This document shows positions 37,515 to 44,419 of a DNA stretch of 44,419 nucleotides, in pieces. The notes under the pieces were generated by a model. The model was not told where the DNA came from. It saw only the letters and a program-made list of their open reading frames with translations, and did no database searches. This DNA comes from Sphaeroforma arctica JP610 (lineage: Eukaryota), in NCBI RefSeq assembly GCF_001186125.1, contig NW_014040524.1:165192-209610 (forward strand), in the 5' to 3' direction. How positions within the stretch are numbered: position 1 is the first letter of the stretch; every line of letters begins with the position of its first letter. The position numbers were made by a program, and so were the translations under genes.

Positions 37515-40500
37515 ATGTATGAAGAATGTATTTGCTTATAATGTGAGATGTGTGAAGGGTGCGTGTACTCAGTACGTCCATTGAGTTCTGATATATATAT
37601 ATGTTTAATATATTCTAAATAAATACATCCTTCATACATATTACATTCTATGTAAATACATCTGTAGACAGACACAGCACTGTCTATACCATCCATGGCT
37701 AATCAATCACAAATCAATGGACATATAACCATTCAGATGGCCGTTCGCCAGGAAACTACACACACTACCACACGACGTGTGCAATTGCGTCTAGATAAGC
37801 ATACCATAAACTGAAAGCTCAAAGCCTTACTGCTGATGTGCACCCATGTACTCTCATTGACCGTGCGCAGTGCACAACCGCTCTCTACCAGTCAGTGTAA
37901 GCCTAAGATCGAGTAGCAGGTCCACATGGGACCTAAGGTTTTCAGGGATTCAAAACCCAACCCTCCTGAGAACACCATACCTAAAGGCTCACATTGAGAA
38001 TAGCCAGCTACGCTCTGGGCGGATACCTATACTCCATATAAGGACATACCTTTCAGGTGTCCTGATTTCATCACATCATACAGATCCTGTTCATTGACGC
38101 TGTTGCCTCTGCCGATGTTGACAAACACACAGTCCTTCTTGAGCTTCATCAGCTGGTGCGTGTTCCAGAAGTGGTGTGTTTTGGCGGTGCCCGGGAGTGC
38201 ACTGACTATGTAGTCGCAGTTGGCTGGTATAGTGGTGTTATGATTCGAACAAAAATAAGAAAAATAATTAAACCCTGAAACATAGTATGCACACTACGGG
38301 ATGAGGAAGGCCCTGGGGACTACAGAGCACTGATATATGACTCCGGATGTAACGTCCGATTGGGCTGAGCTTTAGGCTTTCAGGGTATAGGGTTTAGGGG
38401 GTTGCTCACGGCTTAGTCAGTATAAACGCCATTAAAAAAGCTGATACAATAAGAGATGATTTAATACCATCTCCATACTACGAACCGACTATGCAACACG
38501 TATCCCCCGCGCACACCATGACAAGGCTAGATGCAACGCACAAACCTCTCACAATACACACAGAGACAAACAGTCCCCAGTACAACTATCTCACAATACA
38601 CACAGAGCCAAACAGTCCCCAGTACAACCATCTCACAATACCTGCACATAGCACGCTGGTGTATAACCACCAGCGCGTGCACTTGTTCGAGGACTACATG
38701 TCTGCAACAGAAACCCTTGGCATACCAATTAACGCATCATCCGCTGACCCACACACTTGGTCGGCTATAGTGCGGTCCTCCTCTGTGAGCTGCTCAGGCC
38801 TCCGTTTGACGGCAACGATCTTTGGGGATGACGCGAGTATGTAGTGTACGGAGATAAGAACGGGCACACAGGTGAGGGAAGCCTTTGTGCACGTGGATCA
38901 GAGGGTCTCAACAACACACACACAACCACAGACACAGACACACACAGAGCAGCCACAGGCAGGTGTGCTGCGTCGTACTAGCGTATGCATATGCCGGCTA
39001 GTTCATCTGCGCACAACACATGCAACCGGGCATACACATGCCTACAACCATCGGTCATCAGCTCCAGACGGCTTATTCGGTTGAGAGTCGTTGAGGGTAT
39101 TAGTGATGCTCGGTACGTTCCAACCCCAAATGATCCATTGTATGCATATGAAGTATACAGTGGACTGTGCTGGTTGCATGCAATCACCTACCTACCTTCA
39201 TGCCAAATCCCTACTTAGCTGGTTGCATACAGTCACCTACCTACCTTCATGCCAAATCCATACTTAGCTGGTTGCATGCAATCACCTACCTACCTTCATG
39301 TCAAATCCATACTTAGCTGGTTGCATGCAATCACCTACCTACCTTCATGCCAAATCCATACTTAGCTGGTTGCATGCAATCACCGACCTACCTTCATGCC
39401 AAATCCATACTTAGCGCGTTTCGCCACCTCTCGCCCAATGCTGCCATACCCTGTCAGAAAAAACATTCAATAGTTTTAGGCTTTTAGGGTGTACAACTAT
39501 TGTTTCTTCCAAGACTATTAGATAATCTTCAGATATCCGTTGAACAGGACACTGCGCCGTACAACACAACGTATTCACGTAATGTGAGCACAGGGAGATA
39601 CAATCAAGCATGCACACACGCGCACAAACCTACAATCCCTAGAGACTTCCCCTTTAGCATGGATACGGAGTACTGTTCCCATTTTTTCTGGCGGTACAAG
39701 TCCACTGAGAGCGGAACCTAACGGAAGTGGATTCAGCAACGTAAACAAGAAGTGTGCATGAGGAATGAGCACATGGCGGTGAACGTGACGGCGACACTGC
39801 CGAGTCACTAATAGAAAACGTTAAACATAATTTACGGCGAGAGACGACAGTCACATGTAGGTCTATAGATGATACTTCAGATGTTGTCGCCGTTCTGTCA
39901 ATGCTGGCTTATGAACGTTAACACAGCCATCATCGCTGCACTTACAAATCCAATACTACCGAATACTGGAACATAGTCAGAATACCGAGCATATATGTTC
40001 TCGTTCCGCATGCAACACCAGTCATACGTATTGCACTTTCTACACACAACAGTCTCACCTTCTTCGCAAAATGCAGCAGCGCCCCAACCGCGTATTCCCC
40101 CAGTGATTCACTAAACGCTGATTTGGAGTTGGTCAGTGTGATCTGTAGGAGAGACGGGTGAAAGGTTAGAAGGCCACAACCACCAGCTGTCACTGAGCGT
40201 AGTCGCTTGTTGGATTAACTGAGTTTTTCACTGAGCATAGTCGCTTGTTGGATTAACTGAGTTTTTCACTGAGCGTAGTCGCTTGTTGGATTGACTGAGT
40301 TGGCTTGGCACTATACGCCCAACAGTCGACATACCCACAGGTGTTGTTAGTGGGTGCAGTACACCTGGTGCTGTGAGTGCACTGCCTGTCCTGGGTGGCT
40401 GCATTGTTCGTTACTCATCAAATGGCCCGTGTTTGGCCTACGAGATATCTCCCCAGCGGGACTTCCTTCGTTTGTACTAATTCGGATATCAGACAACGTG

Positions 40501-41449
40501 TATCGATAGACTGCTCAGCGTCCAAACCATAGGTCGGTCGGGAAGACACGAGTCTTTTAATTTGGCTTTTAAAAGTAGTAGTCAAATAGACTACCATGTG
40601 ATCACGTGCTGACATGTTGTACTGAAGAGCAGAGTACGCAATCTCGCGAACGGACTACGATGCACTTGAGCTGCTGTATAGGCATATCACAGACACACGC
40701 ATACCACCAAGCACGGCTCACCTGTGCATACAACCCCCCCCCGAGTGCACATGCGCACTACCCCGCCATGACAACAGAATCACGCACACACAGGCATCCA
40801 ACATACACACTTTGCTAACAAAGACAAACGAATATGCGACACACACACACACTTTGCTAACAAACATAAACGAATATGCGACTCACACACTTTGCTAACA
40901 AACATAAACGGATATGCGACTCTAACCCCAACGCCAATGCACAACCCACAGATAAGGACGCACCCTGTCTGCAGCCTTAAGCCCAGGGCTCAGTATACCA
41001 TCTACCCCCGCCCTGCATAGATGAATGCGATGACATGGAACGGTTAAAGGTGTGCACACACGCACGCACCAAGAGTCCTGCACACAGAAGGTAGTGCACC
41101 TCGATTGCGACTATGAGGGCCGGGACGCACCCACTCGGGCCTATCAACTTGCGGACGTCAAGCGGTATGCACCTACCAGAAGCAATGGAACCACTCAGCA
41201 CGCACAGCCGTGTGGGTGACCAGCCTGTCAATGTCTTCGAATGTCATACCCACGGGATTCATAGCCACGGCTTTCACATGGGCTGTGTCAGCCGCGGTGA
41301 GGTCTGCCAGGTGCGTCAGCTGAACACCTGCCCTGTTGATGTGGGTATGGGTCAAGTGTCCATGGTTTATTTAGCCGGTAGATGGGTTGCTGGTGGCTGT
41401 GTATGTGCGTGCGTGTAAATTCATATGCAATGGGAATGTATACATATAC

Positions 41450-41480
<31 letters not shown>

Positions 41481-42781
41481 GTCCAATCCAGTAGTGTGAG
41501 GCGTTTCATCAGCGAGATGGGTTACAGGTGCATCACATACCCTTCACTGTCAACTGCAGGTGCATTGCCGGAGTCTTGGGGTTTCTCCAGCGCAACAATC
41601 TGAAACGGTGTTTTATTTTTATCTTGATAGACACCCCGTCCGTGTCGGCTGATTGGACCCAAAGTCCCCGACTCAACAATCTGCGAGGGCAACAGGTGCA
41701 TTGAAAACGCTCAGGTTACTGTAGCTATGTGAAGACAGTGTGTTGGCGTGCGGGCTCCTCCTATCAACCAGCAACACACGGACGGGTGAGCTTCATCACA
41801 CAGCAAACACAGCTGAGGACGCTGAAGTGCACGCACGCAATGCGACTGCTGGTACAGTATGCGCGTAAACAAACCCTCTCAGTCATATCCGATGTAACCA
41901 CAAGTCTGCATCGCCAACTCTCTACTAGTACACTAACCGATACTTAACTTTGAACCTGGATTTGGGTCTACGGGTAGGCGATATCTTAATAGAAGAGGCT
42001 CCAATGCAGGCATCATATGCACAACGTCNNNNNNNNNNNNNNNNNNNNNNNNNNNNNNNNNNNNNNNNNNNNNNNNNNNNNNNNNNNNNNNNNNNNNNNN
42101 NNNNNNNNNNNNNNNNNNNNNNNNNNNNNNNNNNNNNNNNNNNNNNNNNNNNNNNNNNNNNNNNNNNNNNNNNNNNNNNNNNNNNNNNNNNNNNNNNNNN
42201 NNNNNNNNNNNNNNNNNNNNNNNNNNNNNNNNNNNNNNNNNNNNNNNNNNNNNNNNNNNNNNNNNNNNNNNNNNNNNNNNNNNNNNNNNNNNNNNNNNNN
42301 NNNNNNNNNNNNNNNNNNNNNNNNNNNNNNNNNNNNNNNNNNNNNNNNNNNNNNNNNNNNNNNNNNNNNNNNNNGGCCAGACCTCAAATACAAGGACCGG
42401 TACATTTATATATCCAGGGGCAAAGGTATTCAGCGTTTTAAATACAAATATCTATGACACAGATGCACAACGTCTGGTCAGACCTCAAATACAAGGACCG
42501 GTACATTTACATATCCAGGGGCAAAGGCATTCAGTGTTTTAAATACAAATATCTATGACACAGATCGCGAACACTGGTACGGTGTCGACCTATCCAAGCA
42601 CATCCATGCACATCACAGTCTTTGGCAATCGCATAACATAACCAGTCCAGAGAAAGCACTTGGTTGGTACGGAGTACACGCACTCCCGGGCACAAACATG
42701 GCATACCGCCTGGTACAGCCTATGCGTCGCACTCGGCAGCAGGACAAGTAAGTCTGCGGGTGTTTCGGTTGACGTGCTCAT
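35519..42781 (-). CDS. D-isomer-specific 2-hydroxyacid dehydrogenase (NAD-binding), multi-exon
   Basis: Exons 42781-42707, 41599-41541, 41332-41177 (..EWFHCFW), [unresolved small exon(s)], 40142-40059 (ITLTNSKSAFSESLGEYAVGALLHFAK), 39717-39630 plus 39450-39392 (LKGKSLGIVGYGSIGREVAKRAKYGFGMK), 38819-~38755, [unresolved], 38223-38050 (DYIVSALPGT...FVNIGRG), 36335-36262 (ALDVFEKEPLP), 35662-35519 (LLTCHCVD...GY*). GxGxxG and the catalytic Arg, Glu and His are present. Confidence 0.9.
36916..37592. repeat. ~77-bp inverted repeat (36916-36992 / 37516-37592) enclosing (CA)n/(TA)n tracts and an N gap
   Basis: ATCAGAACTCAATGGACGTA...CCTTCATACA and its slightly diverged reverse complement. Confidence 0.85.
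39169..39415 (-). repeat. 49-bp tandem repeat x 5 spanning an exon end and 5' splice site
   Basis: Minus-strand unit GCTAAGTATGGATTTGGCATGAAG|GTAGGTAGGTGATTGCATGCAACCA. Confidence 0.92.
40191..40302. repeat. ~38-bp tandem repeat x 3 (intronic)
   Basis: CACTGAGC(G/A)TAGTCGCTTGTTGGATT(A/G)ACTGAGTT occurs three times. Confidence 0.88.
42015..42565. repeat. ~101-bp tandem repeat, at least 2 copies, probably continuing through gap 42029-42374
   Basis: CAGACCTCAAATACAAGGACCGG... occurs twice; ATGCACAACGTC occurs both before the gap and between the copies. Confidence 0.8.
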
Positions 42782-43399
42782 GGTGTTCAATTGTATCTTC
42801 GGCCACGCAGGTCCTTTGGGTAGGTAGGTAGGTAGTAGTCAATACAGAGTTCAGCAGCAACAAACACCGCCCCGCGCTACGCTGGTGTAGTGATACCTGT
42901 ACGCTCCCACAGGCCGTGTGTGTTGTAGCCCATATGTATACCAAACTACGCACACTCGCACACATGCTCAGATGCACACCACAGGCACTCTGCACAGGTA
43001 TGTTTGCCCTTACACATCCTCTGGTGCCGTGTGGTTGCAGCAGCGTCTTATAGCACAGATAACCTATTTCACCACACACTGCCGGCGGGGAGTGGGGTGG
43101 GGTGGGGTGGCTATTGGTATATGCAACACCCTGTCTCATGCAGCACCTTGTGTTTGGTCGTGCTGATCTAAGAGAATCAGAATGTGTCGTGTGATCGGGA
43201 TATGTCGTATGTCCCAGGGTTTAGGGGTTTTAGAGGTGTGGTATACTCTAGCACACAAGCATACGAACTGTGCGGTTTGGCGGTTTGGCTCAGACGTAGT
43301 GCAAAAAAAGAGGGGCTGACCCAGTATTCCATCATGCAAAATAAAATGAACTTCTGATTCACCATGTAAACTAAATGCGATAACATTAAGTATGCATCT

Positions 43400-44419
43400 G
43401 CGTATCTATCTATGGATGTATCTGCTAATGTATTCAGTATCTGTGCATTTATCCACGGATGTGACTATGGATGCATCTATCTATGGATCTATCCATGTAT
43501 AAATCTTTGTATGCAGCTATATATGTTTCTATGTATATATATTTATGTATCTATTTATGTATCTATGTATGTATCTATGAATGTATCTATTTATGTATCT
43601 ATGTATGTATCTATGAATGTATCTATGTACGTATCTATGAATGGATCTATTTATGTATCTATGTATGTATCTATTTATGTATCTATTTATGTATCTATTT
43701 ATGTATCCTCTGTATGTGTCTATTTATGTATCTATTTATGTATCTATTTATGTATCCTCTGTATGTATCTATGACTGTATCTATTTAAGTATCTATGAAT
43801 GTATCTATTTATGTATCCTCTGTATGTGTCTATGAATGTATCTATTTATGTATCTATGAATGTATCTATTTATGTATCTATGCATGTATCTAATTATGTA
43901 TCTATTGATGTGTCTATGAATGTATCTATGTATGCGTCTATGAATGTATGTATTTATGTGTATGAATGTATCTATTTGTGTATCTATTTATGTATCTATG
44001 AATGTATCTATTTATGTATCTATGCATGATATATCTATGTATCTATGTATGTGTCTATGAATGTATCTATTTATGTATCTATGTATGTATCTATGAATGT
44101 ATCTATTTATGTATCTATGTATGTGTTAATGAATGTATCTATGAATGTGTCTATGAATGTATCTATTTATGTATCTATTAATGTATCTATGAATGTATCT
44201 ATTAATGTGTCTATGAATGTATCTATTTATGTATGTATGTATCTGTATATGAATGTATCTATTTATGTATCTGTGTATATGTCAACGAATGTATCTATTT
44301 ATGTATGTATGTATGTATCTATGAATATATCTATTTATGTATCTATATATGTATCCATGAATGTATCTATTTACGTATCTATGAATGTATCTATTTATGT
44401 ATGTATGTATGTATGTATG
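43400..44419. repeat. Degenerate 12-bp satellite (TATCTATGAATG / TATCTATTTATG)
   Basis: Continuous array running to the end of the window. Confidence 0.92.

Overview
Eukaryotic genomic scaffold with GT-AG introns, microsatellite-rich introns and four N-gaps. The style suggests a unicellular opisthokont such as an ichthyosporean, but that is inference only. From left to right it contains: the spliced 3' part of a hybrid two-component protein ending in two tandem receiver (REC) domains (164-8831, +); a bacterial-type DHFR/RibD_C gene with one intron (10842-12527, -); a tRNA-Arg(CCT) (13733-13805, -); an ~18 kb cluster of at least five decayed Ty3/gypsy retrotransposon pieces (~16.6-34.3 kb); and a multi-exon D-2-hydroxyacid dehydrogenase (35519-42781, -). 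The main finding is that two different, divergent Ty3/gypsy elements (20.6-25.3 kb +, 30.5-34.3 kb -) both carry a phage-Dam-like N6-adenine methyltransferase domain (NPPW / NPP[F/L]) between RNase H and the integrase. This gives a gag-PR-RT-RH-MTase-INT order. A Dam-like domain is established for tyrosine-recombinase DIRS elements, but I do not know it as a standard feature of DDE-integrase LTR elements. All translations and coordinates were derived by hand.
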